Shown piece after piece: positions 53,346 to 63,129 of a stretch of 64,000 bases of DNA. The notes under the pieces are model-generated. The model saw only the letters and a program-made list of their open reading frames with translations. It made no database searches and was not told the origin of the DNA. Every line of letters starts with the position of its first letter. Position 1 is the first letter of the stretch. Both the position numbers and the translations under genes were made by a program. Source of the DNA: Candidatus Poribacteria bacterium (lineage in GTDB: Bacteria; Poribacteria; WGA-4E; WGA-3G); assembly GCA_965205025.1 (NCBI GenBank), contig CBDBFU010000033.1:32001-96000 (forward strand), read 5' to 3'.

Positions 53346-54953
53346 ATGAAAAGAACACTACATATTATCACTATAGCACTAATTATGACTTTAACCCTTA
53401 ACACAACCCACATTTTTGCACAAGACTCTCCACAATGGCACCTACCAGAAGGAGCCAAAGCACGACTTGGTAAAGGATATGTATCTGAAGTTGATTACTC
53501 TCCAGATGGTAACCTGCTTGCTGTAACAAGTGGCATCGGTATCTGGATATACGATGCACAGACAGGTGAAGAACTTAAACTACTCATAGGGCAAACAGGG
53601 TTTTTCTCAAGTGCCTTTTTCAGTCCGGATGGTAATACGTTGGCAAACGTGAGTGGTGATAAGGTACGTCTATGGGAAGTAAGTAGTGGTCGTCTCCTAC
53701 AAACTATCACCGGAAAATTTGGAATTGCAAGTAGTCTCTCCTTCAGACCGGATGGTAGGATACTCACATGGGGGAGTGAGATTAACAACGTTTATTTATG
53801 GGAAGTTAACAGTGGTCATCGCCTACACACACTTGATGGGCAACTGGGAAGAGTTTTTAGTTCCTCTTTCAGTCCGGATGGGAATATCCTTGCATTGGGA
53901 AGTCATGATAAGACGGTTCGTTTATGGGAAGTGAGTACTGGTCGTCTTCTACACACTCTCTCAGCACATACGGCTTCGGTCTTTTCTGTCTCCTTCAGTC
54001 CGGTTTGTGGGATGTGAGCACTGGACGTATTCACCGAACGCTCAAAGGACATACTTCGTATGTCAATAGTGTCTCCTTCAGTCCGGATGGTAGTATACTT
54101 GTATCTGGGAGTATGGATAACATTATCCGTTTGTGGGATGTGAGTAAAGGTAGTCTTCACAGCACATTCACAGGACATACAGATATAATCAAAAGTGTTT
54201 CCTTCAGTCCAGATGGTAGTATACTTGCATTGGGAGGAAGTAACGATGACACGATACGTTTGTTAGAAGTGAGTAGTGGTCGTCTCCAGCACACGCTCAG
54301 AGGGCATACGGAAATAATCATCGAGAGTGTATCCTTTAGTCCAGATGGAAGAAAGCTGGCATCTGGGAGTTTGGATAAGACGGTTCGTTTGTGGGATGTG
54401 AATAGTAGTAAACTCCTACACACACTGACAGGACATACGGATAGAGTCAATAGTGTCTCCTTCAGTCCAGATGGTAATACATTGGCATCAGGGAGTGATG
54501 ATGGCTCAGTTCGTTTATGGGATGTGGATAGTGGAGGCACACTGCAGACGCTCACAGGGCATACGAATTGGGTCAATAGCGTCTCCTTCAGTCCAGATGG
54601 TAATACATTGGCATCAGGGAGTGATGATGACTCGGTTCGTTTGTGGGATGTGGAGTGGTCATCAGGTTGGCATATTCACAGAACATACTGATAGGGTCAA
54701 TAGTGTCTCCTTCAGTCCGGATGGTAGAAAGTTGGCATCGGGGAGTTGGGATAATACGGTTCGATTGTGGGATGTGGGAAGTGGTGATCTCCTGCAGACA
54801 CTCACAGGACATACGAATTTAGTCAATAGTGTCTCCTTCAGTCCAGATGGTAATACGTTGGCATCAGGGAGTAGTGATGGTTCGATACTTTTATGGGAAC
54901 TACCATCAACCTCTACAAATTCAACAGGTTCAAACGGTGAAAATTCACAGTAA
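53346..54953 (+). pseudogene. Secreted WD40-repeat protein, disrupted by an internal deletion near 54003 and a frameshift near 54655
   Basis: Signal peptide; QWHLPEGAKARLGKG; about 11 [23 protein letters not shown] repeats spread over three frames. Confidence 0.8.
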
Positions 54954-55001
54954 TGGTCTTGGAAATTATAGGAAGTAATATATAAATTAACGATATAGTA
55001 A

Positions 55002-55085
55002 TTCACGGAGTACAGATACACTGAATTCTGTAACCCCTTATCACTACAGTCTTCTTTAAAATACCTCCGTGAAGGTTTCCGTGAA
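55002..55085. repeat. 84-bp TTCACGGA-bounded element (inverted relative to 23820-23902)
   Basis: Shared 21-bp end and near-identical length. Confidence 0.65.
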
Positions 55086-55246
55086 TCGTGAAGCTGAAAT
55101 TTGCTCCAAAAACTACAGAAAATTAACAGGAATTTGTTCGTTCTACTATGGATCATTTAGTATTAGAACACCAGTTTGAATTTAAAAAAGGTCAGTTCTA
55201 TATACGGTATTTTGTCCCGAATTCATCTTTCTGTACCACAAACTTT

Positions 55247-55359
55247 ATGAAGATTAATTTATTAATACGGTAATTATTATTCCGTATAGTCCGGTAGGTG
55301 CGGTTTCCTAACCGCACGAATTCTCGGCAAAACTACCGATTTATTTTTTAAATCTTCAT
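55247..55359. mobile_element. 113-bp ATGAAGATTAA element inserted in CACAAACT-TTT-AGTTTGTG
   Basis: Same ends and insertion site as 34022-34136 and 40580-40693. Confidence 0.8.
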
Positions 55360-55440
55360 TTAGTTTGTGGAAAATACAAGCCGAATACCACCAAACACTT
55401 CTCAGCGGAATCCGAGATTACCACAAATATATATATCCTC

Positions 55441-55779
55441 ATGGAAAAAATCATCAAACTCACACCAGATGATATAAGAGAAAAAGTATACTTTTGGAGA
55501 GATAAAATCGGAGTAGAAATATCCGAAATACAACTACGGAATATGAAAAAGAAGTGGGCATCCATATCAACAAATGGTAGACTGACACTCAACAAAGAAT
55601 TAATCAATCTCCCCAATTCATTAGTAGAATATGTCATAGTCCATGAATTAGTTCACCTTCTCGTCCCAAATCATGGAAAGTTGTATAAAGCTTATATGAC
55701 ATCCTACCTACCAGATTGGCAGGGCAGATCAATGTTGTTAGATGCATTAACTGAACCAGAAATGAAAATGCTACCGTGA
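55441..55779 (+). CDS. YgjP/M48-like metallopeptidase domain protein associated with type I R-M
   Basis: MKKKWAS, EYVIVHELVHL..PNH. Confidence 0.85.
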   Translation: MEKIIKLTPDDIREKVYFWRDKIGVEISEIQLRNMKKKWASISTNGRLTLNKELINLPNSLVEYVIVHELVHLLVPNHGKLYKAYMTSYLPDWQGRSMLLDALTEPEMKMLP

Positions 55780-55932
55780 CCTTATCTGTTGCTCCACGTG
55801 GGAACGGGTTCTACTTGTTCATCACATCAATAGATATTACACGGTAAGAACAAAGAATCCTACTAATATATGATTTTTTGATATGCTCCACCCAAATGGC
55901 CTGATTTACGGAGTATTCAGAATTTGAATATT

Positions 55933-55961
55933 TTGACATTCCTGTTTAGATATGGTATATT
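55933..55961 (+). promoter_or_regulatory. Sigma70-type promoter TTGACA-17-TATATT
   Basis: Consensus -35, 17-bp spacer, TGn extension; upstream of a three-gene operon. Confidence 0.6.
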
Positions 55962-56013
55962 TACAGTTGTTTAGAGTCTTATGTTTACTTAATCCTGATA
56001 TAAGGAATGCATA

Positions 56014-56661
56014 ATGAAATTAGATTGTTCTTCAAGTGCATTAGTAATTGTAGGTGGTTGGAATTCCCACATATTAAATCCAAATTGGATTAATAGATAT
56101 CTATTTGATGGAAAAGAAAACAGATTAAAAGTTGAAATCTTAGCTGAACTTCCTTATAGCTATAATTTAGATTATCCAGCACAAAGGGTCTCTTCATCAG
56201 ATGTTATAATCCAACTTCAAGGGAATAAATTGAGTGTCAGTCCAGTTGAAGAGAAATATATTATCAATGTAGAAGAAATAGCATTAAAACTTGCTGATTT
56301 TTTACCACATACACCAGTATCTGGTTTTGGGGTCAACTTTGTTTTTACTGATGAGAGTTCTTCGGACGAATTGGCAAATATAATACCTGTCAAAGATATT
56401 AATAAGATAGAGAATTTAGGAGCTACTCTAATTAGCCAACAGTACACTCGTAGTTTAGAATTGGATGACAAGATTCTAAATCTAACTATTGAACTTAAGG
56501 AAGAAGCAGAAACGATTAAGATAAACTTCCATTATGAGATAAATGATCTAACTCAATTTAAGTCCAAATTGGCGGAAACCACAATTCTTGATTTGAAGAA
56601 TCAAGCGATTGAATTCATATCAAAGGTTTATAATTTAGCATTGAGAGGTGACACAGAGTGA
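56014..56661 (+). CDS. TIGR04255-like hypothetical protein
   Basis: LVIVGGWN..ILNP.W...LPHTPVSGFGVNF...INFH pattern. Confidence 0.6.
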   Translation: MKLDCSSSALVIVGGWNSHILNPNWINRYLFDGKENRLKVEILAELPYSYNLDYPAQRVSSSDVIIQLQGNKLSVSPVEEKYIINVEEIALKLADFLPHTPVSGFGVNFVFTDESSSDELANIIPVKDINKIENLGATLISQQYTRSLELDDKILNLTIELKEEAETIKINFHYEINDLTQFKSKLAETTILDLKNQAIEFISKVYNLALRGDTE

Positions 56662-57302
56662 TTAAATTGTCAGATACGATTTTAAGTGAAGAAAAAGATA
56701 CATTACTTAATGATAATTATTACGATAATAAACAGATTAAGACTATCAAAACTGACAGTTCCATAAACACTGAATATAATGAGTTTAAGGAAGATATAAA
56801 CTGGAAAGAAACACCTTCATCTAATATAGAAAAACCTATAGTTAGAGTTTTTGATGTCGCTGCCTACATATTAGAGAAAAAAGGCCTAATGAGTACAATG
56901 AAACTTCAAAAATTAGTATATTATAGTCAAGCATGGTCTTTAGTATGGGATGAAAAGCCTTTATTTCAAGAAAATATTGAAGCATGGGCAAATGGACCGG
57001 TTGTTCGAGACCTATTTGACTATCATCGTGGAAGGTTTGAAATTGATACAATAGAAATCGGTAATTCTCAACTGTTGAATCAGGAACAACGGGACACAGT
57101 GGATGTAATTCTTAATGATTATGGTGATCAATCAGCACAATGGTTAATTGACTTAACACATCATGAAGATCCTTGGATGAATGCAAGGAAAGGTCTTCCA
57201 TCATTAGAACGCGGTAATCGTATTATATCTTTAGACTCAATGGCAGATTATTATAGTTCTTTACTTGTTGAGAATAGTATTGAAAATGCAGAGAAAGAAT
57301 AA
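56658..57302 (+). CDS. Panacea (DUF4065/SocA-like) antitoxin with N-terminal extension
   Basis: MKLQKLVYYSQAW...PLF...IEAWANGPVV..LF...L..LTH.E.PW; GTGA overlap with the upstream gene. Confidence 0.85.
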   Translation: MIKLSDTILSEEKDTLLNDNYYDNKQIKTIKTDSSINTEYNEFKEDINWKETPSSNIEKPIVRVFDVAAYILEKKGLMSTMKLQKLVYYSQAWSLVWDEKPLFQENIEAWANGPVVRDLFDYHRGRFEIDTIEIGNSQLLNQEQRDTVDVILNDYGDQSAQWLIDLTHHEDPWMNARKGLPSLERGNRIISLDSMADYYSSLLVENSIENAEKE

Positions 57303-57726
57303 GAACACAAGTCGGAAGTATAATCCAAATATTAAAAATAAAACATCAATTAAGAAAGAAGATACATATCAGAATAAGAATCTAATATGGAAAGTAACAA
57401 AAATTGATGAGGATGGAAAATGGGGTTGGAATAACCTATCTTGTGCCGAGTTTCTAAAACTACTTTGGAAGAAGATGCGAAATTTTGAAACTATGACATG
57501 GAGTGAAATTCTGGGTAGTAAACATCACATGATATCAGTAAAAGACATCATTAAACCTGCCCAAGATAGACTCCGAGAATTAGATCATGATGATCAGGAT
57601 GAGTTAGTTTCATTCAGGGTTAGTGGTAGTGAACGTATTTGGGCAATTAGATCAGAAGAATCCTCTTTTATACTTTGGTGGGATCCAAACCATGAGATAT
57701 ATCCATCATCCAAAAAACACACATAG
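57286..57726 (+). CDS. Putative RelE-like toxin
   Basis: LVSFRVSGSERIWAIR...FILWWDPNHEIYP; overlaps the Panacea gene end. Confidence 0.6.
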   Translation: MQRKNKNTSRKYNPNIKNKTSIKKEDTYQNKNLIWKVTKIDEDGKWGWNNLSCAEFLKLLWKKMRNFETMTWSEILGSKHHMISVKDIIKPAQDRLRELDHDDQDELVSFRVSGSERIWAIRSEESSFILWWDPNHEIYPSSKKHT

Positions 57727-57810
57727 TTAATGCAAGTTAGAGATAGACAGTTTAAAATCAGAGTGGTTTAGAGTATCAGTTTTTCTGATTCAATTTCCAT
57801 ATTAGAAATA

Positions 57811-57845
57811 AAAAAGGCGAGGAATGCATTCCTCGCCTATCTTTT
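57811..57845. terminator. Bidirectional terminator AGGCGAGGAAT-GC-ATTCCTCGCCT with A/T tracts
   Basis: Perfect 11-bp inverted repeat between convergent genes. Confidence 0.8.
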
Positions 57846-57861
57846 GACTATGTTTACTTTT

Positions 57862-60732
57862 TTATGCCAAATGCTCCTTCAAAAACTTACCTGTGAACGA
57901 TTTCCGGGTCTTAGCAATTTCCTCTGGTGTACCTTGTGCTAACACCTGACCACCCTTATGTCCACCCTCCGGACCAAGATCAATCACATAATCCGCTGTC
58001 TTGATTACATCCAAATGATGCTCAATTACTATAACAGTATGTCCTGAATCGACAAGCCGACCAATACTATCCAACAGTTTCTGGATATCCGCAAGATGCA
58101 GACCTGTGGTAGGCTCATCGAGGATATAAAGGTTATGTTTTCCGCGTTTAATCTTACTCAGTTCGTTAGCCAACTTAATCCGTTGTGCTTCACCACCAGA
58201 TAAGATTGTTGCTGGATGTCCAATCTTTAAATAACCAAGACCAAGTTCGTTCATAACTCCTAATTTATGGCAGATTAACCGTTGTTCAGCAAAGAATTCA
58301 ACACCCTCTTCAATAGACATTTCAAGAATTTCTGAGATATTCTTACCGTTATAGGTAACTTCCAGAGTATCTTCGTTATAACGTGCTCCTTTACAAGTTG
58401 GACAAGTTACCTCTACATCCGGCATGAAATGTAGTTGTGTTGTGATTGTTCCTTCACCGTGACACTCTTCACAACGACCACCCTTCACATTAAAACTAAA
58501 CCGTGATGCAGTATAACCGCGTGCTTCAGCAGAAGGTGTACTCGCAAAGAGTTTCCGTATGTTATCATAAAATCCGATATAAGTTGCAGGATTAGAACGA
58601 GGGGATCTACCAATAGGTGTCTGGTCAATGTTAATTACATCACTGATATGTTCATGACCTTTTAGTTCGTCATGTTCACCATAAAGCGTCCGGCTGTCGT
58701 GATAGATAGAATATAGTCTCTTGTAGATTATCTCGTTGAGAAGTGTACTCTTACCAGAACCCGATGCACCTGTTATGCAAATAAACACACCCAACGGAAT
58801 CGTAACATCTATATTCTGTAGGTTGTTTTCTCTGGCACCAGATATACTAAGATTTTTACCATTAAGGTTACGCCGTTCCATAGGCATAGGTATCTCTCGT
58901 TTTCCACTCATATAGAGACCCGTCAAGGAATCATCACTTTTCACAATTGTATCGTAGGGACCTTGAACGACGACATGACCCCCATGAACTCCTGGACCTG
59001 GTCCCATTTCTATGATATGATCTGCAGCCTTGATAGTACTTTCATCGTGTTCAACAACAATGACCGTATTACCAATATCACGGAGTTTTCTAAGTGTCTC
59101 AATCATCTTCTCATTGTCTTTTGGATGAAGACCGATACTCGGTTCATCAAGAACATACAACATACCCATTAACCCTGAACCGATCTGGGTCGAGAGACGA
59201 ATACGTTGCGATTCACCACCAGAAAGGGTAGCGGAACGACGGTTGAGATTCAGATAATCCAGACCTATACCGAGGAGAAGTTCAATTCTTTGTACTAATT
59301 CTCTCACCACACGTTCACCGGCTTCACGCTGCTTTTCAGGAAAATCCGTGATAGATTCTAAGAAATCCTTTAACTGTTCAAGATGTAATTCGCCAATATC
59401 ATGGATAGTATTACCATCAATCGTAACCAGCAGTCTTTGCCGTTTCAATTTCATACCATGACAATCAGGACATGTATGTTCTACCATTACCTTACGTAGG
59501 TATTCTTCCATACCAGAGTGTGCTTCACCCTGTTTTCTATATCGACGATACCGTCTATCAATCCGCGTAATTATCCCATCGAACCGGACAGGCATACCGA
59601 CATGGTGTTCACGCATCGGTTTAGCATCTTCAGACTGACACAATGGAAATTCCTCACCTTTTGTACCGAAAAAGACTAAATCTATTACTTCCTCTGGTAA
59701 GTCTTCAAAAGGCATTTCAAGGTCAAATTTATAGTGTTGTGCAAGACTATACATCATTCGACCATCCCACCTATCAGGCTCATAATTGAATGCTTGTTTT
59801 ACAAACGCACCATCTGCAATACTCCGTTTTCTATCCGGAACAAGTAGATTGGGATGCACTTGAAGATATGTCCCCAACCCAGAACAGGTTACACATGCTC
59901 CAGTAGGTTCATTGAATGTAAAGTGGTGGGGACCAAGTTCGTGCATCAATACACCATGTTCCGCACAACCAAAATCAGCAAGGAATTCTTTTAAATCTAA
60001 ATCTTCGTCATCAGGCAATGTTATTTGGAATCTGAGGAAACCTTCACCGACAACCAGGGCATGTTCTAAGGAGGCAAGAACTTGCTTATCAATATCTTTC
60101 TTAATATATAATTTGTCTACAATAACCTGTATATCGTATTCTTTATCAGGATCAAGAGTGAATTCTTCACTAATATCGTATTCTTCCCCATCTACACGAA
60201 CATGTCTGCAACCTTTTGTCCTTATATCATCAAAAAGATATTCATTATCTTCGCCATATATCTTAAAGACAGGAGCATGTATTTCGACTTCTGTTCCTTC
60301 TGGTAAGGAGAGAAGTCGTTCTAAAATCTGATAAGGTGTTTTAATAGGGATTTCTTTCTCACAATATGGACAGTGTGCAATGCCAATAGTAGAGAAAAGC
60401 ATTCTTAAATAATCTTGTAGATCGGTCATTGTTCCAACTGTGGAACGTGGGTTCATCGTTATTGTCTTCTGTTCAATGGATACTACAGGAGATAATCCAT
60501 CAATAAAATCAACGTCTGGCTTTTTCAGCTGTGTAATGAATCGTTTTGCGTATGTAGACATTGATTCCAAGAATCGCCGTTGTCCTTCAGCATAGACCGT
60601 ATCAAATGCCAATGAAGATTTACCTGAACCACTAATACCAGTAACAACGACGAGTTGATCACGTGGAATTTCTAATTCGACATTTTGTAGGTTATTTTCT
60701 CTCGCTCCTTTTACTGAGACCGTCTGTCTCAT
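57862..60732 (-). CDS. uvrA: Excinuclease ABC subunit A
   Basis: Two ABC domains ([32 protein letters not shown]), zinc fingers, AEGQRRF. Confidence 0.95.
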   Translation of the reverse strand: MRQTVSVKGARENNLQNVELEIPRDQLVVVTGISGSGKSSLAFDTVYAEGQRRFLESMSTYAKRFITQLKKPDVDFIDGLSPVVSIEQKTITMNPRSTVGTMTDLQDYLRMLFSTIGIAHCPYCEKEIPIKTPYQILERLLSLPEGTEVEIHAPVFKIYGEDNEYLFDDIRTKGCRHVRVDGEEYDISEEFTLDPDKEYDIQVIVDKLYIKKDIDKQVLASLEHALVVGEGFLRFQITLPDDEDLDLKEFLADFGCAEHGVLMHELGPHHFTFNEPTGACVTCSGLGTYLQVHPNLLVPDRKRSIADGAFVKQAFNYEPDRWDGRMMYSLAQHYKFDLEMPFEDLPEEVIDLVFFGTKGEEFPLCQSEDAKPMREHHVGMPVRFDGIITRIDRRYRRYRKQGEAHSGMEEYLRKVMVEHTCPDCHGMKLKRQRLLVTIDGNTIHDIGELHLEQLKDFLESITDFPEKQREAGERVVRELVQRIELLLGIGLDYLNLNRRSATLSGGESQRIRLSTQIGSGLMGMLYVLDEPSIGLHPKDNEKMIETLRKLRDIGNTVIVVEHDESTIKAADHIIEMGPGPGVHGGHVVVQGPYDTIVKSDDSLTGLYMSGKREIPMPMERRNLNGKNLSISGARENNLQNIDVTIPLGVFICITGASGSGKSTLLNEIIYKRLYSIYHDSRTLYGEHDELKGHEHISDVINIDQTPIGRSPRSNPATYIGFYDNIRKLFASTPSAEARGYTASRFSFNVKGGRCEECHGEGTITTQLHFMPDVEVTCPTCKGARYNEDTLEVTYNGKNISEILEMSIEEGVEFFAEQRLICHKLGVMNELGLGYLKIGHPATILSGGEAQRIKLANELSKIKRGKHNLYILDEPTTGLHLADIQKLLDSIGRLVDSGHTVIVIEHHLDVIKTADYVIDLGPEGGHKGGQVLAQGTPEEIAKTRKSFTGKFLKEHLA

Positions 60733-60942
60733 TATTTATCCTCCTTTTCGGTGCATATTCATGTATCTTATGTACATTATTAAATGAACTCTAATCTGAA
60801 TTTATGAATGTATATACCTTATAAAAGTACGATTAGATTATTATCATAGTTACGTATGAACGTATAAGGTTTCTTGTAGGGATAATTTCTGATAGTATCT
60901 GTGTAATTAATTCGTAATGCAGTAATAAATAAGCAATTATTA

Positions 60943-61185
60943 CTATCTGCGGTGTTCATTCTTCCATTCAGCTACCTCTTCAACTGTGCCAACAGGTGAC
61001 GATTTCCTTAAAGACTGTAATTTTGAGAATGCATCTATAGGATAAATTGAAACTGTATCCTCAGGTGGTGACATAATGGCAACAATCTTACCATTATTGA
61101 GAATAGAAAAACTTTCTCCATTTTCCACACGTTTCAATATATTGGATAAATTTTTTATTATTTCGTGAGCAACTATTTCATTCAT
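60943..61185 (-). CDS. Phd/YefM (prevent-host-death) family antitoxin
   Basis: MNEI.AHE..KNLS.IL.RVE.GE.F.I...GK.VA.M.P; GGAG RBS. Confidence 0.75.
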   Translation of the reverse strand: MNEIVAHEIIKNLSNILKRVENGESFSILNNGKIVAIMSPPEDTVSIYPIDAFSKLQSLRKSSPVGTVEEVAEWKNEHRR

Positions 61186-61220
61186 TTTATTCTCCAAAGC
61201 ATACCTCAATTAATCTAAGG

Positions 61221-63092
61221 TTATAAAAAAGGATTATCTATATCATAAAAATATGCAGGTTCATCTACAGACACTTTACTATCCATAGTTAGACGGATAG
61301 GTTCAGAGAATAGTTCAAGTATTTCTTTCTCCGCTAACCATTCACAAGCCATATTTAACCAAAGGTCGCGATGACCAAAATGATCATATATATCAGATAA
61401 TGACCTTTCACCACCAGCATCCTCCAAGAATTCAAGCAATGGTTTAAATAGTTCTTGAGCGTTATCCTCTAAGTATCCATCTATCTGTTTAATAGCTTTA
61501 TCAAGGCATTTTTCATCTTTAGGTACATTTATCATATCTGTAAAGATTGGAGTAAATAACTCAGGATTAAGATCCAAAGCTTGGTAAATGACTTTGCGTT
61601 TTGGAATAATACCATTCTTAATTGTTTCAATTCGTGCTAATTCCCTTACAACACCCATCAAATAGTAGAATGTGTAGTTATAATCCTTTTTGAGATATAA
61701 CCATTTTTCAGTTTTTGCAAGAATCGTAGTCAAGCAACTTGCACAGTTAAGTAATTGGGATTGTTTATCTCGATCCCCAATTGTACCAAGGTCATTATGT
61801 AAATCTTTAATAGTAGGATCTTTTGTATATATAACCTCGCTTTGAGACATAATGGAATGAAATGTTGTTCCCTGCAAATTCTTCTCAAGTAAGTTTTTAT
61901 ACCTACCGCGCGGAATCAATTTCACTCGAATAGGTATTCCTTCTTCGATTAATTGGAAATCCTCTTGTGCTTTTGTACCATCTCTAAGAATAAGTGTGAT
62001 ATGTACGACAGTCCTTTCCCAGACATTATCCTCCTCTAAATTGCTGGTGAGAATAGCAGCGAGGAAATAGCGATCTTCTGCAATAGTATCTGTAAACCTC
62101 TCAACTGCATTTTGTATATCAGAATGCATATCTTCTTTCAAACGCATCGGTTGTGGATCCGGTTCAGAATTATCAATATAATATGCTGGTTCTTCAACAG
62201 CAACCTGACTTTTAACCGTTAACTTTATGGGTGAGGATACCTGTTGTATAATACCTTTCCATGCTAACCATTGACAAATTATATCTACCGAAGCATTTCG
62301 AAATTTATGATGAAAATGATCATTCATCTCTGAATTAGATCGTGGACCTGTTTGCTCTTGAAGATAATCCAGAATGGGTTGAAATATAAATAGGCGTTCT
62401 TCAATGTATCCATTAATCTCATTAAGAGTATCTTCTATCACCTTTTCATTCTTTTCACAATTAATAAGATCGGTATAAGCTTTTTCAAAGAATTCAGGAT
62501 TATATTCAAGAGCAGGTTGAATTACTTCTCTCGCAGGAATTTCATTGTTTAACAATACTTCAATTCGGGCTAACCCTTCGACCACATGCAGAATTGTAAG
62601 AAAACTAGTAATTAAGTCTTTGTTTACATAAAACTGCTTCTCAGCATAGATCAGAGAAGGTAAGGTATCATCCATGACATTTATCAGTTGGAGTTGTTTA
62701 TCACGTTCACCGATACTGTCACGACTTGCGTTCTTATCATACCATTCGGTAATTGATTGATCCCTTGAAAATAGAAGTTTACTGTGAGAAAAATATGAAT
62801 GAAGGAAAGATCCTTGTTGGGCACTCTCAATCGACTTTTTAAACGAATTTCGAGGAGTTAAATTAGCATGGATATTTACTCCATTTTCTACCAGAGAGAA
62901 GAAGTCTTTAGTTGGACGTATACCATCTTTACCAATAATTTCTACATCTAAATCGGATTTCTCCCATACTTGTGCATGAGAAAAACTTCCAGCCACTATC
63001 GCCGCAAGTACATTAGGATCCTCTTGTACTTTATTGACAAGTGAGTCGACTGCCTCATAATACTGTTTTTCAATATCATCTTGAGATCTCAT
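61221..63092 (-). CDS. Internally duplicated nucleotidyltransferase-fold protein (two halves of about 310 aa)
   Basis: Half 1 has GSFS...VWEKSDLD; both halves share IGERDKQ.QL.N, EK..Y..KD, LARIE, QAL..NPE.F, CEWLA, PI.LT..S.V.V.EPAY. Confidence 0.75.
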   Translation of the reverse strand: MRSQDDIEKQYYEAVDSLVNKVQEDPNVLAAIVAGSFSHAQVWEKSDLDVEIIGKDGIRPTKDFFSLVENGVNIHANLTPRNSFKKSIESAQQGSFLHSYFSHSKLLFSRDQSITEWYDKNASRDSIGERDKQLQLINVMDDTLPSLIYAEKQFYVNKDLITSFLTILHVVEGLARIEVLLNNEIPAREVIQPALEYNPEFFEKAYTDLINCEKNEKVIEDTLNEINGYIEERLFIFQPILDYLQEQTGPRSNSEMNDHFHHKFRNASVDIICQWLAWKGIIQQVSSPIKLTVKSQVAVEEPAYYIDNSEPDPQPMRLKEDMHSDIQNAVERFTDTIAEDRYFLAAILTSNLEEDNVWERTVVHITLILRDGTKAQEDFQLIEEGIPIRVKLIPRGRYKNLLEKNLQGTTFHSIMSQSEVIYTKDPTIKDLHNDLGTIGDRDKQSQLLNCASCLTTILAKTEKWLYLKKDYNYTFYYLMGVVRELARIETIKNGIIPKRKVIYQALDLNPELFTPIFTDMINVPKDEKCLDKAIKQIDGYLEDNAQELFKPLLEFLEDAGGERSLSDIYDHFGHRDLWLNMACEWLAEKEILELFSEPIRLTMDSKVSVDEPAYFYDIDNPFL

Positions 63093-63129
63093 TGTGTTCC
63101 TCTCCTAACAAATATCCAATTCCATCAAC

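Noticed and set aside
53346-54953. Diversity-generating retroelement template/variable repeat pair among the WD40 repeats or the 268-bp duplication
   Set aside because: Differences are not confined to adenines and no reverse transcriptase is present
53495-55156. Minus-strand ORFs over the WD40 gene and other short antisense ORFs inside long genes
   Set aside because: Shadow frames of well-supported genes on the opposite strand
33964-55779. Classical integron (attC cassettes) or hsdS shufflon
   Set aside because: No integrase or invertase, no RYYYAAC/GTTRRRY-bounded attC sites recognised, and only one complete hsdS
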